A DNA stretch of 64,000 nt from assembly GCA_964450405.1 (NCBI GenBank), contig CAYVCQ010000002.1, forward strand, positions 320,417 through 384,416, in the 5' to 3' direction. Below the pieces are notes generated by a model. The model was not told the DNA's origin. It saw only the letters and a list, made by a program, of their open reading frames with translations, and made no database searches. The translations under genes were made by a program, and so were the position numbers. This DNA is from an uncultured Leptospirales bacterium (GTDB lineage Bacteria > Spirochaetota > UBA4802 > UBA5550). Shown piece by piece: positions 29,757-39,527 of the stretch (within the stretch, counting starts at the first letter, position 1; each line of letters opens with the position of its first letter).

Positions 29757-30472
29757 TGAAAATTAAATCAGATACATTTTTTACAGAAGATGAAAAAAAC
29801 AGAATAGAAGAATCTATCAAAGAAGCAGAATCACATACATCAGGTGAAATTGTTACGATGTTAGTGGAGAAGAGTGACGGATATAAAGACATAGATATGA
29901 TGGCCGGAATTATAATCTCTGCAGTAATTTCCGTTTATCCTGCTGAACTAGTTTATACCTGTTCGGAAATTTTGCTAAGGAAATTTCTCCCCTCCATGAA
30001 CTGGTTAACACAGATACCTGACGGATTGCGGTTTATCACCGGACTTTCGGCATTTATTGCCCTGACGGTTATGTTAAGTTTCCCGGTAAAATTTATTTTT
30101 TCACAGTTCCCTTCATTTAAAAGATTTATTCTGTCAATAAAAAGAATGGATGCTGAGGTGAGGGAAAGAGCTATACGCGGATTCAACGAACTTGGCCTCA
30201 ATACTACAAGAGATGCAACCGGAGTACTTTTTCTTATTTCTTTACTTGAAAAAAGAGTTTATGTTCTTGCTGATCATGGGATATATACAAAGATCAATCA
30301 GGATACCCTCGATAGATATGCAGCTTCTATAGGGAAAGGTATTGCATCCGGTAAAGGCGGAGAGGCACTCTGCAACGCTATAAAAGAAGCAGGCAAAGAA
30401 CTCGAAAAGCATTTCCCGCGACGTCGTGATGACGCAAATGAGCTGCCGGATCGGATTGTTACGGAAAAATAG
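29750..30472 (+). CDS. TPM-domain membrane protein (TLP18.3/DUF477-like)
   Basis: 240 aa; FFTEDEKNRIEESIKEAESHTSGEIVTMLV motif typical of the second TPM type in lemA operons; overlaps neighbours. Confidence 0.7.
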   Translation: MVMKIKSDTFFTEDEKNRIEESIKEAESHTSGEIVTMLVEKSDGYKDIDMMAGIIISAVISVYPAELVYTCSEILLRKFLPSMNWLTQIPDGLRFITGLSAFIALTVMLSFPVKFIFSQFPSFKRFILSIKRMDAEVRERAIRGFNELGLNTTRDATGVLFLISLLEKRVYVLADHGIYTKINQDTLDRYAASIGKGIASGKGGEALCNAIKEAGKELEKHFPRRRDDANELPDRIVTEK

Positions 30473-30491
30473 GATCAGCGGAGATGAATTT

Positions 30492-31394
30492 ATGAAAAAT
30501 ATAATTCTTATTGTTTCCATATTACTATCCGGGACTCTGCTCTTTGCATCAGATCCGGAATTCCCTGCTCTAACCGGACCAGTTGTTGATAAAGTAAGCC
30601 TCCTGACTCCGGACCAGATAAAACTTCTTTCAGATAAATTAATCGGCTTCCAGAAAACAAAAGGGAGCCAGATAGCAATCTGCATAGTCCCAACTACTCA
30701 GCCACTGACGATTGAAGACTATGGAATTAAACTCGCCGGGATATGGAAAATCGGCCGTGCAAAAATTGATGACGGTATAATAATCATAATAGCAAAAAAT
30801 GACCGCAAGATGCGGATAGAAGTCGGTTACGGACTTGAGCATGCAGTAACCGATCTTCGTTCAGGAAGAATTGTCGACCAGATTATGGCACCAGAATTCC
30901 GTAAAGGTGATTTTTACAAAGGGATTGATACTTCTGTAGATTCACTTATTACACTTATAAATGGAGGAGATATCCCTGCGATATCATCTCAATCTTCAAA
31001 TAAAACAACCGGGACATCCGATATTGATTCACCGGGATTTGATGTCGGTATAGGATTTATTGTAGGGAGTATAATAATATTTATTGTTTTTCTTGCAATG
31101 GGCAAATGGATATTATCATTTATATTTACATATATAACTCTCTGCATCGGACTCTACTTAATGAAAGTTGGTATGCCCGCCGAAGTTGCAGTAATCGGAG
31201 GATTTTCAATGATACCATTTGTTATCATTGCTGTGATCGCAAAATTTGCACCTGCAGGTACAGGTTCCGGCTCATCAGGATACTCGTCATCATCTTCAAG
31301 CAGCTACAGCAGCTCATCTAGCAGTTCAAGCGACAGCTCATACAGCGGCGGAGGCGGTGATTTCGGCGGAGGAGGATCTTCAGGGAGCTGGTGA
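30492..31394 (+). CDS. TPM-domain protein (YgcG-like) with Ser/Gly-rich C-terminal tail
   Basis: Start chosen at MKNIILIV (signal peptide, GGAG RBS). TPM core IAICIVPTTQ...IEVGYGLEH; tail SSSSSSYSSSSSSSSDSSYSGGGGDFGGGGSSGSW. Confidence 0.8.
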   Translation: MKNIILIVSILLSGTLLFASDPEFPALTGPVVDKVSLLTPDQIKLLSDKLIGFQKTKGSQIAICIVPTTQPLTIEDYGIKLAGIWKIGRAKIDDGIIIIIAKNDRKMRIEVGYGLEHAVTDLRSGRIVDQIMAPEFRKGDFYKGIDTSVDSLITLINGGDIPAISSQSSNKTTGTSDIDSPGFDVGIGFIVGSIIIFIVFLAMGKWILSFIFTYITLCIGLYLMKVGMPAEVAVIGGFSMIPFVIIAVIAKFAPAGTGSGSSGYSSSSSSSYSSSSSSSSDSSYSGGGGDFGGGGSSGSW

Positions 31395-31404
31395 TCTTAA
31401 TCCG

Positions 31405-31590
31405 AAACTCCCTGTCCCATCTGGCCGCTGGCCAACAGTCGATGCTTTTTGGACACCCTGTCAGCGATCGACACAGAAACATCCTGTTTCTAGTCACCCA
31501 TGAATGGGTGGAGAGCTAATAGGAAATATTTTGTTTACCCCTTTCTCCCATTCATGGGGAAAGGTGCCCGCAGGGCGGATAGGGGCGGAT
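31405..31590 (+). repeat. Structured repeat element copy 2 (same family as 28117-28239, with a ~63-nt insertion after CTGGCCGCTGGCCA)
   Basis: Direct alignment to copy 1; same orientation; lies immediately after the stop of the last TPM gene. Confidence 0.75.
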
Positions 31591-31646
31591 CAGTTTATAT
31601 TATATTTTAATCTATATTCTATACTGCAATTTTTACGGGAACAGAT

Positions 31647-33092
31647 TCAGATTGTATAATTATACTCCGGTACAAATCTCTTAATAAACTCTCTCACTTC
31701 AGGAGCGTCCATATAGGGAACTTTTTCTTTTACTGATTCAATCAGCATATCAAAATCAATTTTTGACATTACATGATTATCATTATTCAACATTAGTATC
31801 TTGTTATTGCCGGTTTTAATCATCTCTCCCTTATTATAAAAGAGTTCTTCATAAAGCTTCTCCCCGGGTCTTAAACCTGTATATTCGATCTTTATATCTC
31901 TTCCAGGTGTATATCCGTAGATCTCAATCATTCTCTCAGCGATATCTGATATTTTATACTGCGCCCCCATATCAAGAACAAAAATTTCACCGCCAGTTGA
32001 AATCGCGGCGGAGTTGATCACAAGGAGTGACGCCTCAGGTATGCTCATAAAGTATCTGGTAATATCAGGATGAGTTACTGTAACAGGCCCACCCTTCTCG
32101 ATCTGATCTCTGAAAAGCGGAATAACTGATCCCCTGCTTCCAAGAACATTACCAAATCTTACAGCCGCAGCATTCAATCCTTTAATATGCTTATAATAAG
32201 ATGTAAGAATTTCAGTGATACGTTTAGTGGCTCCCATAACATTAGTTGGTCTTACAGCTTTATCCGTAGAGATAAGTACAAATTTCTGAACATTGTACTT
32301 TGATGATATATCAAGTATATTGTTTGTTCCAAGTACATTGTTCTGCAGTGCTTCTATCTCATTGAATTCCATTAAAGGAACATGCTTATGGGCTGCAGCG
32401 TGAAAAACAATATCAGGTTTATCTATGTCGAACAGGCGCTCAAGAAGTCTATAATCTTTTACATCTGCAATACGATAAACAACATCCGGTACGGGATTTT
32501 TCATCATACGGACAAAGTCATCCATACTTCTTTTTAAATTGTAGATGGAATTTTCACCTCGCCCTACTGCAATGATCTTTCCAACATTAAATTTAAGAAG
32601 CTGCTTGCATATTTCAGATCCGATACTTCCGCCGGCTCCTGTAATCAGAACTGTTTTACCTGAAAAATACTTTTCCATTAGATCAAGTTCAATAGAAAAT
32701 TCATCACGATCTAGAAGTTCGGAATATGAGAACTCTCTTAATGAAGGAAATATTGGTACTGAATCAAAAAATTTCTCAGCTGACGGAACAAAGGAAAGAT
32801 TAATATTTCTATCAAATGCCAGAACAGTGGAGACTATCTTATTTATAAAAGAAGAAGAGGCTGAGGGTATACATATCATCACATCTGAAATTTCAAGTTC
32901 ACCACAAACTTTCCCGATAGATGTTGTAGGTCCGTATACTGATACATCAGAGATAAATCCGCCGACTTTAGAGAGATCATCATCGATAAAACCAGCTATT
33001 GCATTACCAAGTCCCCTCTGACGAAGATCTCCAGCAAGAGCTAAACCAGCCTCTCCTGCGCCGACTATAAGTATTCTGTTAAGTTTCTTCAT
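31647..33092 (-). CDS. Polysaccharide biosynthesis protein, CapD/PglF/WbpM-like nucleotide-sugar 4,6-dehydratase
   Basis: 481 aa; N-terminal Rossmann GAGEAG plus second NAD site TGAGGSIGSEICKQLL. Confidence 0.8.
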   Translation of the reverse strand: MKKLNRILIVGAGEAGLALAGDLRQRGLGNAIAGFIDDDLSKVGGFISDVSVYGPTTSIGKVCGELEISDVMICIPSASSSFINKIVSTVLAFDRNINLSFVPSAEKFFDSVPIFPSLREFSYSELLDRDEFSIELDLMEKYFSGKTVLITGAGGSIGSEICKQLLKFNVGKIIAVGRGENSIYNLKRSMDDFVRMMKNPVPDVVYRIADVKDYRLLERLFDIDKPDIVFHAAAHKHVPLMEFNEIEALQNNVLGTNNILDISSKYNVQKFVLISTDKAVRPTNVMGATKRITEILTSYYKHIKGLNAAAVRFGNVLGSRGSVIPLFRDQIEKGGPVTVTHPDITRYFMSIPEASLLVINSAAISTGGEIFVLDMGAQYKISDIAERMIEIYGYTPGRDIKIEYTGLRPGEKLYEELFYNKGEMIKTGNNKILMLNNDNHVMSKIDFDMLIESVKEKVPYMDAPEVREFIKRFVPEYNYTI

Positions 33093-33210
33093 ATATGTGA
33101 TAATCCCGTTTTCGACTATATTTTCTGGAAATTTAAAAACTCAAGTCAGCTATACCCCTCGGCCCCCGCACCCCCGGAGGGGGCTGTTTGGTGTAATAAC
33201 TCAGTTTAGT

Positions 33211-34359
33211 CTACCTTTTATTTTTCGCAAGAACATCCAGAATATTTTCAATAACATAATCTGTTTCCGCTTCATTCATCCCCGGATAAATAGGGAGTGA
33301 TACTTCCCGCGAAAATATATCCTCACAACCGGGAAAATCTGTTTCTGTATATCCTGAATTTTTAAACACTGAAAATCTATACATCGGGATATAATGAACA
33401 CTTGTTCCAATACCACGATTTTTCAACTCAATTATAAATTCATCTCTGCTTATAAGCAGTTTATCAGGCTTAAGTCTCAGCGGATAAAGGTGCCATGCAC
33501 ACTCAATATTATCTCTCACCTTCCATAAATCAAGTATATCGTTTTTGCTGAATGCATTGTTATATTTTAAAGCAATTGCCCTTCTTTGAAGATTCATTTC
33601 GTCACTCTTCTTCAGCTGTTCAACTCCTATTGCCGATGCAATATCGGTGATATTATATTTATATCCCGCCTCCGAAACATCATATTCCCATGACCCTTTA
33701 TCAGAATACCTGTTCCATGCATCTTTTGTGATACCGTGCAGCCGGAGTCTCCTCATTCTCTCTGCCCATTCAACATTTGCCGTGGTAATCATCCCCCCTT
33801 CACCGGTGGTGAGAGTTTTTGTTGCATAAAAACTGAAGCAAGTGATATCACTTACCGTACCAATCATTTTACCTTTGTATAACGTAGGCAGAGCGTGAGC
33901 AGCGTCTTCAATAACAATGAGTTTATGTTTACGGGCAATAGCAATAATGGCATCCATATCACAGGACTCACCACCGTAATGAACCGAAATTATTGCTCTT
34001 GTTTTTTGAGTAATCTTTTTTTCAATCTCTAACGGATCTATAAGGAAACTGTCCCTGATCACATCACAAAGCACAGGTACAGCGCCGGAGTATGTGATAA
34101 CCTCCCACGTTGCAATGAAAGTCATAGCGGGAATAATAACCTCATCACCAGCCTTTATATTCAAAGCTTTAAGAGCAAGATGAAGTGCCGATGTACAGGA
34201 ATTAACAGCAATTGAATTTGGTGCACCGGTATACTTTGAAAACTCACGTTCAAACTCGAAGGTCTTCTCCCCCATTGTGAGCCATCCGCTACGGATAACT
34301 TCAGATGCGGCATTGATCTCTTCATCGCTGAGATTTGCTTTATGGAAAGGTATTTTCAT
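33211..34359 (-). CDS. DegT/DnrJ/EryC1/StrS family sugar aminotransferase (PglE-like)
   Basis: 382 aa; PLP-fold aminotransferase class with the family-typical N-terminal block (IPFHKANLSDEEINAASEVIRSGWLTMG). Confidence 0.85.
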   Translation of the reverse strand: MKIPFHKANLSDEEINAASEVIRSGWLTMGEKTFEFEREFSKYTGAPNSIAVNSCTSALHLALKALNIKAGDEVIIPAMTFIATWEVITYSGAVPVLCDVIRDSFLIDPLEIEKKITQKTRAIISVHYGGESCDMDAIIAIARKHKLIVIEDAAHALPTLYKGKMIGTVSDITCFSFYATKTLTTGEGGMITTANVEWAERMRRLRLHGITKDAWNRYSDKGSWEYDVSEAGYKYNITDIASAIGVEQLKKSDEMNLQRRAIALKYNNAFSKNDILDLWKVRDNIECAWHLYPLRLKPDKLLISRDEFIIELKNRGIGTSVHYIPMYRFSVFKNSGYTETDFPGCEDIFSREVSLPIYPGMNEAETDYVIENILDVLAKNKR

Positions 34360-34576
34360 ATGGGTATTCTCTAGTGTTTATTTTAATTATCGTCAAGTTT
34401 TAATTTTTAATCAATGTATTTAGAAAGTAGTAAAGAGTTTAAACTTATTTGATTCGGGGAGAAGAATACGCCACATTAATGAACAGAAATTGACAGATGA
34501 GAATAAAGAAAATTTTCTTCAAATATAATCAATTCTCCTGGCCAGATTATTTACAGAAAGAACGATTCATCTCCTT

Positions 34577-35575
34577 TTATAAATATTCTTTAACGGAAGA
34601 GATTACATCCTCTACAGAAATATCCTTCATGCATTTGTAAGCATTATCACATTTTATTAATACTTTATTTTCTATACAGGGAGAGCAGTTCAGACTTTTA
34701 TAAATGGTCTGAAATTTCAGATTACCGTTAAATGGAATTCTATCATGAGGATTTACCGGGCCAAATAATGCAACTACCGGAGTATTTAAACAATATGAAA
34801 TATGAAAAAAGAATGTATCCATTGAAATAACCGCTGAGGCATTATCTATCAGATAAAGCAGTTCTTTAAAACTAGTTTTATTGACCAGGTCAACAACTCC
34901 GTCAATTTCATGATGATCTTTATTTATGCCGGCAACTACAATCTCTTTACCTGTAATTTTTTTTAATGCGGATATAAGATCAGGAAAATATGGCCATTGC
35001 CGGGGATCTTTTTCAAGATACTGAGCATATATATCTAAAAGAATAAATTCATTCTTTTTTATACTGCTTTTTTCAAGCAGATCACTTTTAAAATCTAAAT
35101 CAATTGAATAATCTTTAGATACAGGAATTTTCAGATACTCCAGCACTTTCTTTACTTCATCAAATTTGTGAAGATTTTCCCTGTTATAAATTTTTCTGCT
35201 GGAAGGGAGTAGAAAATATAATACATCTCGGATAAGATTAGGATGAATCTGAATAAATAGATCATACTTTTCTAATTTAAAAAGTGAAAAAATCTTAAAG
35301 TAACTGAAAATAAAAAACTTAATCATCCCTTTTATGGAAAATTCCATATCAAATGTTTTAATGGAGTCAATATTCCGGTTATAAATAAGAAGATTGTTTG
35401 ATATTTTGTTGAATGTCATTACTGTTATATGAATATCTTTATTGGCTTTTTTTAATGAAGCCAGAAGAGGGAAGCACATAATCTGGTCACCGAGGCCTTG
35501 AGGCAGATCAATAACTACTTTCTTTATATCCCCATCTTTCCAATTAACCCAGAGTTTTTTGCTAAATAAATTCAT
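34577..35575 (-). CDS. Glycosyltransferase family 9 (LPS heptosyltransferase-like)
   Basis: 332 aa; N-terminal LPQGLGDQIMCFPLLASLKK and C-terminal GPVNPHD blocks typical of GT9; adjacent to hldE/gmhA. Confidence 0.7.
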   Translation of the reverse strand: MNLFSKKLWVNWKDGDIKKVVIDLPQGLGDQIMCFPLLASLKKANKDIHITVMTFNKISNNLLIYNRNIDSIKTFDMEFSIKGMIKFFIFSYFKIFSLFKLEKYDLFIQIHPNLIRDVLYFLLPSSRKIYNRENLHKFDEVKKVLEYLKIPVSKDYSIDLDFKSDLLEKSSIKKNEFILLDIYAQYLEKDPRQWPYFPDLISALKKITGKEIVVAGINKDHHEIDGVVDLVNKTSFKELLYLIDNASAVISMDTFFFHISYCLNTPVVALFGPVNPHDRIPFNGNLKFQTIYKSLNCSPCIENKVLIKCDNAYKCMKDISVEDVISSVKEYL

Positions 35576-35651
35576 CAGTTAAATACCTTGCAGAATATAT
35601 ATGTCAGGATATTCATCAAACGTAAAATCAATTTGTAGCGTTTTATCACTG

Positions 35652-37058
35652 TTACTTTCGCAGCTTACTGATTATTTTAGATGTTGAATACCCTTCAACA
35701 AAATCTATCAATACAACTTCATCAGCATATTCTCTACCGACAACATTCTCAACGGTGTAATCTCCACCCTTGACCAGAAAATGAGGCCTGACTTTTTCTA
35801 TCAACGATAGAGGAGTATCTTCATCAAACTTTACGATGTAATCGATTGATGTAAGTCCCGACAGTACAGCTGCACGGTCATCCTCCTTATTCACAGGACG
35901 CCCCTCGCCTTTAATTCTTCTTACAGAATCATCTGTATTCAACCCCAGGATCAAAATGTCGCCAAGCTCCCTGGCTTTCTCCAGATACTTGACATGCCCT
36001 ATATGCAGAATATCAAAACATCCATTGGTAAAAACAATCCGTTTCTGATCACTTTTAAGACTATCAATTACCATCGGTAAATTCTCAAAGTTGATAATTT
36101 TATTATATGACTGACGCAAATCTCTGAATAGATCAACTTTTTTTATCGGCACTGTGCCGAGCTTACCGACAACTATTCCCGCTGCGATATTTGCAAATTC
36201 AACAGCATCTCTCAATTTATAATTTGAAGCAATCCCTACAGCTAACGCGGCAATTACAGTATCCCCTGCACCGGAAACATCATAAACCTCTTTTGCAAAT
36301 GTCGGAAAGTGCTCAATCTCATCTCCATCAAAGAGTGTCATCCCTTTTTCAGAACGTGTTACCAGCAGATTTTTGAATTCGGAATTTGTAAACACCCCTG
36401 GGATACATTTCTCAATAGATACATCGTCATTTGGAACATTTTCACCTAAAAATTCATTAAGCTCTTTCATGTTCGGTGTTACCAGAGTTGCACCGCTGTA
36501 TTTTTTCCATTCCTTCCCTTTAGGATCAACAATTACCGGAATGTTATGCTCTTTTGCTTTAGCGATTATATATCTGCATAAATCTTCCGAGCAAACCCCT
36601 TTATTGTAATCGGAAATCACAACTACATCAAAATCTGCAATACATTCACTTATTGAGATTTTAATTTTACTTTTCAAATCATCAGTTATTGTTTCAGGTA
36701 TTTCATAATCGAGTCTCATCATCTGCTGCTTATTCCCGATGACACGGACCTTTGTTATTGTTGGAGAATTTACTTTAAATAATAGATGTTTTATCGAATT
36801 CTGATTGAGCACCTCAGCAAGCTGCTCACCATTATAATCTTCACCGGATACCCCGATCAATAAAACTTCAGCATCAAGTGATGCAATATTATTTGCAACA
36901 TTAGCCGCTCCACCGGGAGCTAAGGTCGTTTTTTTGATGTTTACAATCGGGACAGGAGCTTCGGGAGATATTCTGTCAACACTCCCCCATAGATACTGAT
37001 CAAGCATAACATCACCAACTACAAGAACTGATACATTCGAGAAATTATATTTTTCCAT
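35652..37058 (-). CDS. hldE: Bifunctional D-beta-D-heptose 7-phosphate kinase / heptose 1-phosphate adenylyltransferase
   Basis: 468 aa; N-terminal ribokinase-like domain and C-terminal cytidylyltransferase-like domain (FTNGCFDILHIGHVKYLEKA). Confidence 0.9.
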   Translation of the reverse strand: MEKYNFSNVSVLVVGDVMLDQYLWGSVDRISPEAPVPIVNIKKTTLAPGGAANVANNIASLDAEVLLIGVSGEDYNGEQLAEVLNQNSIKHLLFKVNSPTITKVRVIGNKQQMMRLDYEIPETITDDLKSKIKISISECIADFDVVVISDYNKGVCSEDLCRYIIAKAKEHNIPVIVDPKGKEWKKYSGATLVTPNMKELNEFLGENVPNDDVSIEKCIPGVFTNSEFKNLLVTRSEKGMTLFDGDEIEHFPTFAKEVYDVSGAGDTVIAALAVGIASNYKLRDAVEFANIAAGIVVGKLGTVPIKKVDLFRDLRQSYNKIINFENLPMVIDSLKSDQKRIVFTNGCFDILHIGHVKYLEKARELGDILILGLNTDDSVRRIKGEGRPVNKEDDRAAVLSGLTSIDYIVKFDEDTPLSLIEKVRPHFLVKGGDYTVENVVGREYADEVVLIDFVEGYSTSKIISKLRK

Positions 37059-37614
37059 TATCCATTAATTCCTTTTCAAAAAGATCACATAATAAATGTA
37101 TGATTAGAATGTGACACTCCTGTACCCTTGCAGTAGTATCAGATGGTATTATCAATTTATAATCCGCGTAATTTTTTAACATTCCACCATCTTTACCAAG
37201 CAGTGCAAATGTTTTACACCCTTTTTTTTCAGCAACTATAAATCCTTCCATAACATTACGGCTATTGCCGGAGGTTGACAAACCGATAACAATATCACCC
37301 TTCTCAGCCAACGATTCTATCTGTCTTGAAAATATCCTTTCATATGAATAATCATTAGCAATAGATGTGATTATTGAAGTGTCCGTTGTTAGAGCAATTG
37401 CAGGATATCCCGGTCTTTCAATTTTATATCTTCCGACAATTTCCGCAGCAAAATGCTGCGAATCAGCAGCACTCCCGCCATTTCCCATAATTAGTAATTT
37501 TTTTCCGTTAAAAAGAGCTCTGTTTATCAGAAGCGATATTTCATTGATAGATTCTTTCAGATTTCCGATTTTTTGGATAACTTCAATGTGCTCTTTTAAA
37601 ATTTCATCAATCAT
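37045..37614 (-). CDS. gmhA: Phosphoheptose isomerase (SIS domain)
   Basis: 189 aa; LLIMGNGGSAADSQHFAAEIVGRY signature; overlaps hldE start. Confidence 0.85.
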   Translation of the reverse strand: MIDEILKEHIEVIQKIGNLKESINEISLLINRALFNGKKLLIMGNGGSAADSQHFAAEIVGRYKIERPGYPAIALTTDTSIITSIANDYSYERIFSRQIESLAEKGDIVIGLSTSGNSRNVMEGFIVAEKKGCKTFALLGKDGGMLKNYADYKLIIPSDTTARVQECHILIIHLLCDLFEKELMDNGKI

Positions 37615-37820
37615 TATATAACCGCCATAACAAACTTTTTTAAAACTAAGAATTCTGTCTTGCAGATAAAGTAAAGAAAAAAAACAGATATATAGTTTGA
37701 TTTATCAATTGAGAAACTGTTTATTTCTTTTTGTCAAGGTAAAAGATTGTTCTACAAACAACTTAAGACTAAAGTTATGATAGTTTCAGGAAAGTAGATG
37801 GTAAAATAAAAAAAATTATA

Positions 37821-37857
37821 ATTAATGTAAATATTTTTTATTAATATTTACATTAAT
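37821..37857. promoter_or_regulatory. 14-bp perfect inverted repeat ATTAATGTAAATAT-N9-ATATTTACATTAAT in the divergent promoter region between gmhA and the glycan locus
   Basis: Read from sequence; sits ~110 bp upstream of the first glycan-locus gene. Confidence 0.3.
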
Positions 37858-37967
37858 CAGACAAAGATTGTAATAACCATTATGCTGGAATTGTCCCTTT
37901 GTCCATACAACTCCAGCACTTGCAATTTGCTAAAGAACAAATAAATGCCAAAAGATATAGCTATAGA

Positions 37968-39389
37968 ATGAAAAATATTAAGAAATCCTTTTTTTTAAAT
38001 TCTCTCTTTTTAACTATTTCAACAATATTAGAAAAATTCTTTTTTTTCTTCATAAACATTATTATTGCCCGTTACTTGAGCAGAGAACATTTTGGTGAAT
38101 ATACCACAGCTCTGGCATTCGGCACCTTCTTTTCAGTTTTTGCGAACATGGGAATCGGCGCCTCCTCAATCCGCGCAATAAACTTTTATAAAGATGATAT
38201 TGATGAAAGCTATACAAGTACAATAGTGTTGAAAGTTTTATTATCTTCCGCAACATTTCTAACACTACTGGCTGCTATTTTTATTACTGATTTTAATAGA
38301 AATACAATAATTCTGACTTTAATATTAGGACTGGTTAGAATAATAAATGATTTCCTCACTACTATAAATCAGTTATTTGAAGCAAAATCCAGATTTATGG
38401 TTTCGTCAGTTTATAACTCGCTATTTGCACTTATGTTTCTGGGAGGAACTTATACTGTTATACTTTTAAAAGGAGACTATTTTGACATCTCATATACAAG
38501 ATTGATAATAATAACAGCAATATCATCCGCTGCATTTATTCATTCATTCAAATATTACAGGTTTAAATTTGATTCTAAAAAATTAAAGAAATTTACAATC
38601 GAAACCATACCGTTTTCATTTTCTGTTATATTTTCAAGTATCACAATGAATTTATCTTCATTAATTCTACCGTTAATTCACGGCACACTTTATTCTGGAA
38701 TATATAATAACGCATATATTTTCTTTTTATCATTACTTTTTATCCCGGGGAATTTGAGTAGAGTTCTGATGCCACATCTTTATCAGAACAAATATAATGA
38801 GAATAAAGAATTGTATCAGTTTGCTTACGATACATATTCAAAAATATTTTCAATAATGTCTTTTTATTTTGCCATTATTTTTTTTATGTATTGCGGCCCG
38901 ATTATTTCACTAGTGTTCGGGAATAAATATTCTGAATCAGTATACTTACTGCAGATTTTTGCTTTCGCGATTCCATTCGCATTTAATATATCAGGATATA
39001 TTATCAGCTCAATTAATAAGCAGATAATCAACTCCAGAATTGATATTGTAATTTCAATAATCAGCATCATCCTGTCATTAGTTCTGATTAAGTTATTCAA
39101 GGCTGATGGTGCGGTTTTGAGCATGGTTATTGTATTTGTTATTTCATATGTAATATCAAACGGATACCTTGTTAAAAATAAATATATCAGTTACAGAAAA
39201 ACAGCAGTAATAAGATTTACATTGCTGATTATTTCTTCCGCCTGTTATGCGGTTAAAATTTATTTATCAGGTTTTCATCAGCATATACTATCGATGTTGA
39301 TTATTTCGATAATATACTTTATCCTAGTCTCATTAATTGTGGTTGATAAAAATGATATTAAGCTTATAAAAAATATCTTGGAAAAATAA
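37968..39389 (+). CDS. Wzx-like oligosaccharide flippase (MOP/PST superfamily), putative
   Basis: ~470 aa, ~12 predicted TM helices; internal start MKNIKKSFFLNS preferred over ORF-track start 37899. Confidence 0.55.
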   Translation: MKNIKKSFFLNSLFLTISTILEKFFFFFINIIIARYLSREHFGEYTTALAFGTFFSVFANMGIGASSIRAINFYKDDIDESYTSTIVLKVLLSSATFLTLLAAIFITDFNRNTIILTLILGLVRIINDFLTTINQLFEAKSRFMVSSVYNSLFALMFLGGTYTVILLKGDYFDISYTRLIIITAISSAAFIHSFKYYRFKFDSKKLKKFTIETIPFSFSVIFSSITMNLSSLILPLIHGTLYSGIYNNAYIFFLSLLFIPGNLSRVLMPHLYQNKYNENKELYQFAYDTYSKIFSIMSFYFAIIFFMYCGPIISLVFGNKYSESVYLLQIFAFAIPFAFNISGYIISSINKQIINSRIDIVISIISIILSLVLIKLFKADGAVLSMVIVFVISYVISNGYLVKNKYISYRKTAVIRFTLLIISSACYAVKIYLSGFHQHILSMLIISIIYFILVSLIVVDKNDIKLIKNILEK

Positions 39390-39527
39390 AAATACAGATA
39401 GTAACAAACAAAGAGAAAGCTGCTTAATACTCTGCAACTTTGTTGACATAAAGCCCATGTTTTGTATTCTTGCTATCAATTAGAAATTAATCATAGAAAT
39501 AATGTATCAATTCCCCGGAGTTAAATT

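Noticed and set aside
30426-30491. Longer start for the third TPM gene
   Set aside because: The internal start has a GGAG RBS and begins a signal peptide; the extension overlaps the preceding gene's 3' end in another frame.
37899-37967. Longer start for first Wzx-like gene
   Set aside because: Extension is hydrophilic and unrelated; MKNIKK start precedes the first TM helix.
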